Source: Myxococcales bacterium (GTDB taxonomy: Bacteria; Myxococcota_A; Polyangia; Polyangiales; DASUME01). From it: 64,000 nt of DNA. The stretch is taken from positions 2,560,001 through 2,624,000 of the forward strand of contig JASGJH010000001.1 of the NCBI GenBank assembly GCA_047601445.1. Direction: 5' to 3'. The notes below the pieces were generated by a model. The model was not told the DNA's origin. It saw only the letters and a list, made by a program, of their open reading frames with translations, and did no database searches. Shown in pieces: positions 46,983 to 56,133 of this stretch (within the stretch, counting starts at the first letter, position 1; each line of letters opens with the position of its first letter). Made by a program: the position numbers and the translations under genes.

Positions 46983-48461
46983 ATGACGATGCTCAAGCGC
47001 ACCCTCCTGGCTCTCACGCTGGCGAGCTCCACCGCACAACTCGCCGCTTGCGGCAGCGATGAACCTTCGGACGGCCCTTCGCACCAGGGCGACGGCGACG
47101 GCGACGGCGATGCCAGCATCCCGACGGGCGACGGCGACGCTGGCAACCAGGGCGACGGTGGGACGACCCCCGAAGGCGAGAAGGGCCCCGAGCTTCCCTC
47201 CTGCCCCTCCGATCCTCACATCACGGCCGACGCCACCAACAAGGTCTGCCTGATCAGCGCGCCCAAGGGCAACGAGATCAAGACCAACCTCACGCTCAGC
47301 CGCGTGAAGGACTACAAGGGCTACGTGTTCCAGGGTGTCGTGTACGTCGGTGAAGACGTCGGCCACGACGCGACCCCGGCCGCTGGCAAGGCCCAGGCGA
47401 CCCTCACCATCACGCCCGGCACCGACCTGGCCGGCCTCGACAACACCTCCGGTCTCGCCATCAACCGCGGCTCCAAGCTGATCGCCGAAGGCCTCAAGAC
47501 CGCGCCCATCACCTTCACCAGCGTCAACGCGCTGCTCGGCACCGGCGTCGCGGCGCCCACCGACTGGGGTGGCGTCGTGCTGATGGGCCGCGCCACGCAG
47601 AACGTCGGCGTGGACCCCGTCACCGAGCTCGACACCGGCTCCTACGGCGGCGCTGACGACCACGACAACAGCGGCTCGCTCAAGTACGTCCGCGTGATGT
47701 TCTCCGGCGCGCGCAGCTCCAAGGAGAAGGAGTTCAACGGCATCACGCTCTACGCGGTCGGCGACGCCACCAAGATCGAGTACGTGCAGGTCCACGCGGG
47801 CAGCGACGACGGCATCGAGTTCTTCGGCGGCACGGTGAACGTCAAGCACGTCGTGATCAGCGGCGGCGGCGACGACAACCTCGACTGGACCGATGGCTGG
47901 CGCGGCAAGGCCCAGTTCGTGCTCGCCAAGCAGGTCCCGAACTTCGGTGACAACGGCCTCGAGGCCGACAACCAGAAGACCAACAACTCCCTCATCCCCG
48001 TGTCCGAGCCCACGCTGGCCAACCTGACCTTCCTGGGCCAGGTCACGGCCCCCGGCGAGAGCGGTCCCAACGGCTTCCTGCTGCGCGCCGGAACCAAGGG
48101 CCACATCTACAGCGCCGTGGCCACCAACTTCAAGAACAGCTGCGTCAACGTCGACGGCGACGTGAGCCAGGCTTTCGTGGGCACCGACGCCCTCACGATG
48201 GTGTCCAGCCGCATCTCCTGCTCCGTGAGCTACCTCGGCAAGGGCGAGCAGCTCTTCACGGGCTCTGCCACCAACCAGGTGCTGCCCTCGGCCGACGTGT
48301 TCGACAACGCCTACATGCCCAAGGCCGACTCCGGCCTGCTCACCGGCGGCACCGTCCCGGCCAACGATCCCTTCTTCGAGAACGTGCCCTACATCGGCGC
48401 GTTCGGCACCGAAGACTGGACCGCCGGCTGGACCGCGTACCCCGACTTCCAGCCCAAGTGA
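46983..48461 (+). CDS. Beta-helix-type lipoprotein of the kind found next to TonB receptors
   Basis: Lipobox LAAC; GDGDGD linker; ATLTITPGT, PITFTS, WGGVVLMG.A, YGG...DNSG.LKYVRV, DDGIEFFGGTV, DDNLDW.DGW.G, YIGAF...W..GW. Confidence 0.85.
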   Translation: MTMLKRTLLALTLASSTAQLAACGSDEPSDGPSHQGDGDGDGDASIPTGDGDAGNQGDGGTTPEGEKGPELPSCPSDPHITADATNKVCLISAPKGNEIKTNLTLSRVKDYKGYVFQGVVYVGEDVGHDATPAAGKAQATLTITPGTDLAGLDNTSGLAINRGSKLIAEGLKTAPITFTSVNALLGTGVAAPTDWGGVVLMGRATQNVGVDPVTELDTGSYGGADDHDNSGSLKYVRVMFSGARSSKEKEFNGITLYAVGDATKIEYVQVHAGSDDGIEFFGGTVNVKHVVISGGGDDNLDWTDGWRGKAQFVLAKQVPNFGDNGLEADNQKTNNSLIPVSEPTLANLTFLGQVTAPGESGPNGFLLRAGTKGHIYSAVATNFKNSCVNVDGDVSQAFVGTDALTMVSSRISCSVSYLGKGEQLFTGSATNQVLPSADVFDNAYMPKADSGLLTGGTVPANDPFFENVPYIGAFGTEDWTAGWTAYPDFQPK

Positions 48462-48510
48462 CCTGACCTCGTGAGAGCCCCCAAAGGCCCCTCACGCGCA
48501 GGTTGAACCC

Positions 48511-48550
48511 GAAGCGGCCGCCATTTCATGGCAGGCCGCTTCTTCGTTTT
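48511..48550 (+). terminator. Rho-independent terminator-like hairpin
   Basis: GAAGCGGCCGCCAT-TTC-ATGGCAGGCCGCTTC followed by TTCGTTTT. Confidence 0.7.
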
Positions 48551-48683
48551 GTGACGAAACGAAGGCAACGCGGAGATCGCGCCCCGGCCCCGCGATCACG
48601 CCGGAAAAGCCCTGCTTATTCGAATGACTCCCGTGGCACAGACATTTCGGAGTCGGTCGAAACGTTGCTGCCATTCCGCCATT

Positions 48684-48701
48684 TAGCAACACAGTTGTCA
48701 C
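48684..48701 (+). promoter_or_regulatory. Pho-box-like site upstream of TonB receptor
   Basis: TAGCAAC-ACAG-TTGTCAC-AAAG. Confidence 0.45.
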
Positions 48702-48798
48702 AAAGCGGCCTTAGAAGCTGGCCTGCACCCCACATCGGGTACGGCTCAATCCTCGCGTGGAGCCCCCGCTGCGCGAGGTGACCCCGCCCGTGCTGGGC

Positions 48799-51700
48799 AT
48801 GAGGAGGCTCGCTTTGTCTGCCCTACGATCGTTGTCTGCTGCGCTGCTGATTTTGTGTGGGTCTTTACTGGGTGCACAGCACGTCCGTGCTCAGCCCACC
48901 GTCGAAGCAGCCCAGCAAGAACAAGGTGCCGTGCACCTGGTGCTCTTCGGCACCTCCGACCAGCTCCTCGCGGGAGTCACCGTCGAGATCGATGGCCAGA
49001 GCGCCCAGACGGCTCAGGACGGCAGCGTCACCGCGACGCCGACGCCTGGTACGCACAAGCTTCGCCTGCGCGTGCCGCACGCTCTGGTGCCCGAGGCGCC
49101 CACGCAGGATGCCGAGTGGGTCGTCGACGTGTCCGACGTTGCCGTGCTGGCCAATCAGACCACCGAGGTGATGGTCACGTTGAGCCCCTCGGGCGGCATC
49201 GCCGGCCTCGACATCCAGGCGCCCGAGGCCGCTGGCGGCAGCCACAGCCTGCAGCGCGAGTTCCAGGAGAAGGTCGCCGAGCAACCGGCCGGCACCATCC
49301 AGGGCACCGTGACGGCCAAGGAAGATGGCAGCCCCGTGGCGGGCGCGCGTGTCTACGTGCGCGGCGCGCCCGTGGAGACCGCGACCGATGACAACGGCTT
49401 TTTCACGCTCACCATGCCGGCGGGCAAGTGTCAGCTCGCGGTGGTGCATCCCTCGTATGCGACGCAATCGGTGCCCGACGTGGAAGTGCGCGGCGGTAAG
49501 GTCAACGCGGTCACGGCGCAGCTGAGCCCTGCCTCGATGGAAATCGACGAGTTCCTGGTCACCGCGCCGCACATCGAGGGCGGTATCGCGAGCTTGATCT
49601 CCGAGCGACGCGAGAGCTCCAACGTGGCCGACGTGATCGGCGCCGAGCAGATGTCCCGCTCGGGTGCCACCAACGCCGCCTCCGCGCTGTCGCGCGTCAC
49701 GGGCCTCACCGTGGTCGACGGCAAGTTCGTGGTCGTGCGCGGTATGGGCGAGCGCTACTCGAGCATGCTCGTGAACAACATGTTCGTGCCGAGCCCCGAG
49801 CCCACCCGTCGCGTGGTGCCGCTCGATCTGTTCCCGGCCGGCATCCTCGATAGCGTGGTCGTGCAGAAGACCTTCTCGCCCGACGCACCGGCGGAGTTCG
49901 GCGGCGGCGTGATCCAGCTGCGTACCCGCAGCTATCCGGACCGCTTCATGGCCAACGTCTCGGTGGGTGGCGGCGTCAACTCGCAGTCCACCTTCCGCAA
50001 CAACCTCAACTACAGCGGCGGCAAGCGCGACTACCTCGGCATCGACGACGGCAATCGCGCGCTGCCGGGACCCATCGATCACTCCAAGAAGATCACCAAG
50101 TTCAACGCGCTGACGGGCGGCTACACGGACGAGGAGCGCGCCAAGTACGGCAAGATGCTGCGCAACGATCTGCAGGAGAAGCGCGAGCGCACGCTGCCCG
50201 ACCTCACGCTGACGGGCTCCATCGGCAACCGCTGGAACCTGCGCCACGCCAAGATCGGCTTCGTGGCGGCGCTCGGCTACCGCAGCCAGACGCGCGCCCT
50301 GCGCGACAGCCTGCTGCGCAGCGTGACCAACACCGGCTCCAAGCTGCAGATCGACAACGACCTGCGCGTGAACAACACGGAGCGCCAGATCTCCACCAGC
50401 GGCTTCCTGGACTGGGGCGTCGAGTTCTCGGAGCGCAACAAGCTCAAGTTCACCAGCATGCTGCTGCGTCAGACCGACGACACCACCACGCAGCTGAGCG
50501 GCAAGTTCGGCACCGGCGGCGGCAGCACCACGCCCGACAGCGTGCAGACCCGGCTCGGCTGGATCGAGCGTCAGCTCTTCGATCAGCAGATCTCCGGCAA
50601 GCACATCATCCCCAAGCTGAACGACTTCCAGCTCGACTGGCGCTACTCGTTCGCTCAGGCCAACCGCAACGAGCCCGACCGCCGCGACTACTTCTACAGC
50701 GACAATGGCTCGGGCAGCTTCGAGCTGTCGCAGGCCGCCGGCGACTACGAGCGCCAGTGGGGCACGCTCACGGACCGCACCTATCAGGTGGGCCTCGACC
50801 TCACCCAGCCCATCAACATCTGGTCGCAGCTCAAGGCCAAGGCCAAGGTGGGCGGCCTAGTGTACTGGCGCAACCGCGACTCGCACGTGCGCCGCTTCGA
50901 GTTCCAGGGCGGGCTCGACCCGATGACCCTGGCCAAGCCCATCAACCAGATCTACACGCCCCAGCGCATCGACTCGGGCGCCGTGAACCTGATCGAGACC
51001 ACCTTCGCCCAGGACTCCTATACCGCCAAGATGCAGCTCAACGCGGCCTACGCGATGCTCGAGCTGCCGCTGCTGAAGAACCTCGACATCATGGGCGGCG
51101 CCCGAGTGGAGCAGGCCATCATCTCGGTGACCAGCTTCGACCAGTTCAACCCGCTGGCCGGCGCCGAAAAGGCCGAGCTCAGCAAGACGCCCGACGTGCT
51201 GCCCGCCATCACGGCCACCTGGCGCTTCGCCGAAGACTTCCAGCTGCGCGCTGGCTACGGCAAGACCGTGAACCGCCCCGATCTGCGCGAGCTCTCGACG
51301 TCGTCCTACTACGACATCGAGACCGCCAGCACCTTCGCCGGTGTGCCCACGCTCAAGCGCGCCTTGATCGACAACGTGGACGGCCGCCTCGAGTACTACT
51401 TCAGCAGCGACGAAGTGTTCTCGGTGGGTGCCTTCTACAAGCGCTTCAAGGACCCGATCGAGACCGTGTTCCGCAACTCGGCGGACGTGCTGTACACGTT
51501 GCAGAACTCGGACAAGGCGCGCCTGTTCGGCCTCGAGATCGAAGGTCGCAAGCGCCTGGGCTTCCTCGCCGAAGCGCTCGACACCCTGTTCATCGCGGGC
51601 AACTTCTCCTGGATCGACTCCGAGGTGACCTACACCCCGGACGGCCTCAAGAAGACCTCGCGCCCGCTGCAGAGCCAGAGCCCCTGGGTCGTGAACGCCC

Positions 51701-52002
51701 AGCTCGGCTACGACGACGACGTCGAAGGCGGCAGCGGCACCGCGGTCTCGCTGCTCTACAACATCAGCGGTCCGCGCCTGCGCGCCATCGGTAACGCGAT
51801 GGCCGGCATCCCGGATCAGTACGAGCAGCCTTTCCACCAGCTGGACCTGGTGGCGAGCCAGCGCCTGCCGCACAACCTGCAGCTCGGCCTGCGCGGACAG
51901 AACCTGCTCAACGCCACCCAGCGCTGGACCCAGGGCCACATCACCACGCGCGAGTTCAAGCGCGGTGTCTACATCGTGGCCAACCTGGCCTGGAGCTACT
52001 GA
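48799..52002 (+). CDS. TonB-dependent receptor with N-terminal carboxypeptidase-regulatory-like domains
   Basis: GTIQGTV...PVAGARVYV, plug ALSRVTGLTVVDGKFVVVRGMGERYS, VPLDLFP, NRPDLREL, GLEIEGRK, QNLLN; terminal WSY. Confidence 0.93.
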   Translation: MRRLALSALRSLSAALLILCGSLLGAQHVRAQPTVEAAQQEQGAVHLVLFGTSDQLLAGVTVEIDGQSAQTAQDGSVTATPTPGTHKLRLRVPHALVPEAPTQDAEWVVDVSDVAVLANQTTEVMVTLSPSGGIAGLDIQAPEAAGGSHSLQREFQEKVAEQPAGTIQGTVTAKEDGSPVAGARVYVRGAPVETATDDNGFFTLTMPAGKCQLAVVHPSYATQSVPDVEVRGGKVNAVTAQLSPASMEIDEFLVTAPHIEGGIASLISERRESSNVADVIGAEQMSRSGATNAASALSRVTGLTVVDGKFVVVRGMGERYSSMLVNNMFVPSPEPTRRVVPLDLFPAGILDSVVVQKTFSPDAPAEFGGGVIQLRTRSYPDRFMANVSVGGGVNSQSTFRNNLNYSGGKRDYLGIDDGNRALPGPIDHSKKITKFNALTGGYTDEERAKYGKMLRNDLQEKRERTLPDLTLTGSIGNRWNLRHAKIGFVAALGYRSQTRALRDSLLRSVTNTGSKLQIDNDLRVNNTERQISTSGFLDWGVEFSERNKLKFTSMLLRQTDDTTTQLSGKFGTGGGSTTPDSVQTRLGWIERQLFDQQISGKHIIPKLNDFQLDWRYSFAQANRNEPDRRDYFYSDNGSGSFELSQAAGDYERQWGTLTDRTYQVGLDLTQPINIWSQLKAKAKVGGLVYWRNRDSHVRRFEFQGGLDPMTLAKPINQIYTPQRIDSGAVNLIETTFAQDSYTAKMQLNAAYAMLELPLLKNLDIMGGARVEQAIISVTSFDQFNPLAGAEKAELSKTPDVLPAITATWRFAEDFQLRAGYGKTVNRPDLRELSTSSYYDIETASTFAGVPTLKRALIDNVDGRLEYYFSSDEVFSVGAFYKRFKDPIETVFRNSADVLYTLQNSDKARLFGLEIEGRKRLGFLAEALDTLFIAGNFSWIDSEVTYTPDGLKKTSRPLQSQSPWVVNAQLGYDDDVEGGSGTAVSLLYNISGPRLRAIGNAMAGIPDQYEQPFHQLDLVASQRLPHNLQLGLRGQNLLNATQRWTQGHITTREFKRGVYIVANLAWSY

Positions 52003-52061
52003 TACGCTAGGGCTACTGGTTGTCCGAGCTGCTCATTCTTGTGAGAATGGAGACGTAAACG

Positions 52062-52538
52062 ATGCGAACCCTGCTCGTGCTTTCGTTGTGTGTGCTCTGC
52101 GGCTGCGCCTCGGCGCCGAAAAAAGAAGGCTATTCGAAGGTGATTTCGCCGGCTCAGTCCGGCAATCCCACCTCCTGGGACGAGAACGAGATGCGGGCCC
52201 CGGTGGCCATCCGCACGCTGCGGCGCACCCCCGAAGCGAGCTTCCATCTGGCGCGCATCAAGGCCGAGCTCGGACGTCGCCTGCACGAGAAGTCGGATCT
52301 CACGCTGGTGGTCGTGAATGGCCAGCTGGAGCTCTCGCTGGGCGACGAGACGGTCCAGGCCGGCGCCGGCGACGTGGTGGAGATCCCGCGCGGCACGCCC
52401 TACGCAGTGCTCAACAAGGGCCGCGACGCGGGCGTCCTGTACCTGGTGTTCACGCCCGGCCTGGCCGATGACGACACGCGCAACCGTCCGGTCGCGACCA
52501 GCGAAAGCTCCTGGCGCTGGAACCTCTGGCTGCAGTGA
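52062..52538 (+). CDS. Cupin-domain lipoprotein
   Basis: Lipobox LCGC; HEKSD...VVNG.L.L.LG....AGAGDVVEIPRG.P. Confidence 0.85.
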   Translation: MRTLLVLSLCVLCGCASAPKKEGYSKVISPAQSGNPTSWDENEMRAPVAIRTLRRTPEASFHLARIKAELGRRLHEKSDLTLVVVNGQLELSLGDETVQAGAGDVVEIPRGTPYAVLNKGRDAGVLYLVFTPGLADDDTRNRPVATSESSWRWNLWLQ

Positions 52539-52571
52539 GCCGCGCTGTGCGCCGAGCGCGGCGTGCGGAAA

Positions 52572-53858
52572 CTAGAACTTGTGCCTGAATCCGGCGCTCA
52601 GCGCGTACTCCACCGCGCCGATGCCGCGCACCGACGTGAACGTGCTGCCTAGATCGCTCTGCACCAGCAGATCGAAGCTGTGGCTCACCGGCAGCGCGAA
52701 CGTGAGCAGGCCGCGCAGGTAAGGACGGACCTCGGTGCTGCTCGACGCATGGGTGGCGACGAGGACGCCGAAGCTGAGACCAAGGTCGAGTTCGAAGTCG
52801 GGAGAGACGAAGCGCCGCTGGAGCATCGCGAGCGCAGCACGGCGCGCCTTCTGGAACGGCTCGGGCTGTCCTCGCGCGCCCAGGTAGCTGAGCCCAAAGT
52901 CGAAGCGAGGGTAGCGGCGCAGGAGGTTCACCTCGTAGCGCAGGAACGCGCCCCCCTTGGTGACACCACCTCCCGCCAACAGGCCGAGCGCCACGTCCTG
53001 GCGACGCCGTTCGATCGCGGGCTCGGGCGCTGTCGGCCAGGCCGGGATTGGCGCGGGGCGATAGCTACGCTGCGCATACGGCGGTGCCCAGGGGTTGATG
53101 GGACTGCCCGGATTGAAATAGGGGTCCCAGGCTCCGAAGCGACGGTAGGTGGTGTCCCACGGGTCGAGCACCTCGAGCTCGGGCCGGCTGGGCCAGCCAG
53201 CCTGGTGCCGCGGGTCGACGCAGATCATGCCGGAGGGGCAAAATGGATCTTGGACCTCGCCCACGTCGAGTCGCGCGAAGGCATCGGCCCACAACATCTC
53301 CAGAATGGCTTTCACCATCACTGCGACGGGGTCCGCGCCCAACTCGCTGCGTGAGAGCTGCCGCCAGACCTCGGCCCTCTGCAGCGGGGTCACGCGCAAC
53401 ACCAGGCTGTGCTCGTCGAGGCCGGCAAAGATGCTCGCGTGGACACGGCGAGCCCGCGGATCCATCAGGGGCACCACGTCGCGTGCCAGCGCCTCGCTCA
53501 AGCGCCGACGCAGCTCGTTGGCCAGAAGCTCATCCAGGCCCTGGGTCAAGAGCAACACCGGAGACAGCATCGAGCTTGGGTGACTCTCGGGCGTGGCGAC
53601 GGGCGGGCGCGCGCCAGTGGAAGCCGGCGGCACGTCGGTCGCGGGCTCGGAAGCCTGGGCAGGCTGGGCTTGGTCCTGCGTCGGTGCGGTCTGCGTGGGT
53701 GTCGGTGAGGGCTCCTGGGCCCGCGCGCGAGCGAAGCAACCACCCGCGATTAACCAGAGCGTGAGCAGCGCGACGGAGACCCCCCGTCCGCCCGCACTGT
53801 TCGACCTTTTCTCACGCGCGCGTCCAAACCGCGCCCCCGCTTGCCTCGTCCTGGTCAT
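52572..53858 (-). CDS. Hypothetical exported protein with C-terminal outer-membrane beta-barrel-like region
   Basis: Signal-like hydrophobic stretch; Pro-rich linker; alternating beta pattern; terminal Phe. Confidence 0.65.
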   Translation of the reverse strand: MTRTRQAGARFGRAREKRSNSAGGRGVSVALLTLWLIAGGCFARARAQEPSPTPTQTAPTQDQAQPAQASEPATDVPPASTGARPPVATPESHPSSMLSPVLLLTQGLDELLANELRRRLSEALARDVVPLMDPRARRVHASIFAGLDEHSLVLRVTPLQRAEVWRQLSRSELGADPVAVMVKAILEMLWADAFARLDVGEVQDPFCPSGMICVDPRHQAGWPSRPELEVLDPWDTTYRRFGAWDPYFNPGSPINPWAPPYAQRSYRPAPIPAWPTAPEPAIERRRQDVALGLLAGGGVTKGGAFLRYEVNLLRRYPRFDFGLSYLGARGQPEPFQKARRAALAMLQRRFVSPDFELDLGLSFGVLVATHASSSTEVRPYLRGLLTFALPVSHSFDLLVQSDLGSTFTSVRGIGAVEYALSAGFRHKF

Positions 53859-53924
53859 CGACTGGCGATGCTAACGCGAAAGTCCTCGGGCTTGCCGGCC
53901 TCCGGCGACCTGGCCGCGAGCGAA

Positions 53925-55988
53925 CTAGGCCGCGTCCTCGAGCAACCCTGCGCGCTTGAGCAGGGCCTTGGGACTCGGCTCGCGCCCCATGAAGGCCGTG
54001 TAGAGCTCCATCGGATCGGCTTCGTTCCCGCGAGAAAGCACACGCGAGCGGAATTCCTCGCCGACCTCCCGGCTCAGCACCCCGGCGTCGGCGAAGCGCG
54101 AGAACGCGTCGGCCTCCAGTACCTCGGCCCATTTGTAACTGTAATAACCAGCGGCGTAGCCCACGGGCGAAGCGAACAGGTGAGTGAAGCCCGCGATCAT
54201 CGCGTAGTCCTCGGGCAGCACACTGGGGGCGTGAGCCTGGAAAATGCCTCGCGCGTACTCGATCACATCCCCGTCCCGCGCCGGCTCGTACTCGATGTGC
54301 ATACGTAGATCGGCAGCGCCGAGCCCGAGCTGCCGCATCTGCGCGTTGGCGGCGCGGAAGGTCCGGGTGCGGGCGAGCTTGGTCAATAGCTCGTCCGGAA
54401 TGGGAGCCTTGGTCTGGTAGTGGCGCGCGAACGAGTCGAGCACCGCACGCTCCCAGCAGAAGTTCTCCATGATCATCGAGGGCAACTCGACGAAGTCCCA
54501 GGCCACGCGCGTACCGGCGAGGGATCGCACCTTGGGCCTGCCGAGCAAGTGGTGCAGCAGGTGACCGAACTCGTGGAACAGGGTCTCCACGTCCTGGTGG
54601 GTCAGGAGCGCCGGCTTGTCACCCACGGGCGGGCTCGCATTGGCGCACATCACACCGAGGTGCTTGCTATGGCGGCTGCCGGGCAAGCCCGTAATGAAGT
54701 CGGCCATCCAGGCGCCGCCGCGCTTGGACTCACGCGGATAGAGGTCCGCGTAGAACGCGCCGATCTCGTGCTCAGGGCCCTCCCCCTTGCCGTTGAGGAC
54801 CACGTAGTAGCGAACGTCCGGGTGGTAGGTCGGCACGTTCTTGCGCTGACGGACCTGAATCCCGTAGATGCGCTCGACCAGCGAAAACAGCCCCTCGAGC
54901 ACCGCGTCCACCGAGAAATAGGGGCGCAACAGCTCCTCGTCGAAGTCGTAGCGACTCTTGCGCAGCTTCTCCGCGTAGTAGCTGACGTCCCAGGGCTCCA
55001 ACGCCTTCGCCTGCGGCCCCTCGAGCTCGCGTCGGAACTCCAGGAGTTCTTGATTCTCGCGCTCGAAGTGCTGCTCCGTGGCGGCGCGCAGCTCGTCCAG
55101 GAAGGACACGGCCTTGGCTCCGGTCTTGGCCATGCGATCCTCGAGGTTGAGGTCAGCGAAGTTCGCGAACCCCAGCAGCCGCGCCTTCTCCTTCCGCAGC
55201 CGCAGGATGTCCTTGATGAGAGCCCGATTGTCGTGGGGTGCCTTGGTGGCCCGGGTGTTGAAGCCCCGGTAGAACTGCTCGCGCAGCCCCGCGTCGTCCG
55301 CGTAGCTCATGATCGCGACGTAGCTCGGCTGTTGCAGCGTGAAGCGGTAGCTGCCGGCCTTTCCGCGCGCCTTGGCGCTCTCGGCCGCCGCGTCCAGGGC
55401 GCTCTCGGGCAGGCCCCCGAGCCGCGACGTGTCGGGCAGGATGAGCTCGAAGGCGTTGGTGGCGTCGAGCAGGTTCTGTGAGTACTGCGTGGTGAGCTTG
55501 GATAGCTCCACGCTGAGCTGCGACAGCTGCTTCTTACGATCGTCGTCGAGCTCGGCCCCGTGGCGCTTGAAGTCGTCCAGGGTCTGGCTCAAGAACCGCG
55601 CCTTGGCCGTCTCGAGCCCCTTGGCGTCGGCGGTGGCGGCGTAGGCCTTGAGGGCAGCGTAGAGGTCCGCGTCGAGCGGGATGCTCGCGTAGAACTCGCT
55701 GATCTTGGGCTGCACCGCGTTGTAGGCCTCGCGCAGGGCGGGGGTGGTGGCCACGGCCTCCAGGTGCCCCACGATGGCCATCGCGTGTTCCAGCTCCTCG
55801 GTCGCTCCGTCGAGCACGCCGAGCGTGTTCTCGTACGTGCGGGGCCCGCTTACCTGGGTGATGGCTTTCAAACGCGCACGGGATCGCGTGAGCAGGGCGT
55901 CGACGGCTTCTTCCACGTGTTCGGCCGCGATGGCATCGAACGGGACGTCGAAATCGTAGGCAAGCAGAGGATTTGCGGCTTCAGGCAT
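53925..55988 (-). CDS. prlC: Oligopeptidase A (M3 metallopeptidase)
   Basis: NPLL, DLYPR..KRGGAWM, TLFHEFGH, WDFVELPS..ME, GYAAGYYSYKWAEVL. Confidence 0.93.
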   Translation of the reverse strand: MPEAANPLLAYDFDVPFDAIAAEHVEEAVDALLTRSRARLKAITQVSGPRTYENTLGVLDGATEELEHAMAIVGHLEAVATTPALREAYNAVQPKISEFYASIPLDADLYAALKAYAATADAKGLETAKARFLSQTLDDFKRHGAELDDDRKKQLSQLSVELSKLTTQYSQNLLDATNAFELILPDTSRLGGLPESALDAAAESAKARGKAGSYRFTLQQPSYVAIMSYADDAGLREQFYRGFNTRATKAPHDNRALIKDILRLRKEKARLLGFANFADLNLEDRMAKTGAKAVSFLDELRAATEQHFERENQELLEFRRELEGPQAKALEPWDVSYYAEKLRKSRYDFDEELLRPYFSVDAVLEGLFSLVERIYGIQVRQRKNVPTYHPDVRYYVVLNGKGEGPEHEIGAFYADLYPRESKRGGAWMADFITGLPGSRHSKHLGVMCANASPPVGDKPALLTHQDVETLFHEFGHLLHHLLGRPKVRSLAGTRVAWDFVELPSMIMENFCWERAVLDSFARHYQTKAPIPDELLTKLARTRTFRAANAQMRQLGLGAADLRMHIEYEPARDGDVIEYARGIFQAHAPSVLPEDYAMIAGFTHLFASPVGYAAGYYSYKWAEVLEADAFSRFADAGVLSREVGEEFRSRVLSRGNEADPMELYTAFMGREPSPKALLKRAGLLEDAA

Positions 55989-56133
55989 GTTTGGAGTGTA
56001 GCCCAGGGCAAAAATCAGGTGGCGAGCAGGTTTCAGCCCGGGAGAAACGTCCATTTCCCCGCAGTTTAAGCGAGCCCAGTCGGCCGCCCTCGGGTTGCCG
56101 AGGGGGGGTACCCGTGTCAAACACGGCGGCTTT

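Noticed and set aside
48632..48650. Sigma-54 promoter (TGGCAC...)
   Set aside because: The -12 GC is missing at the required spacing; the same holds at 4465 and 46908.
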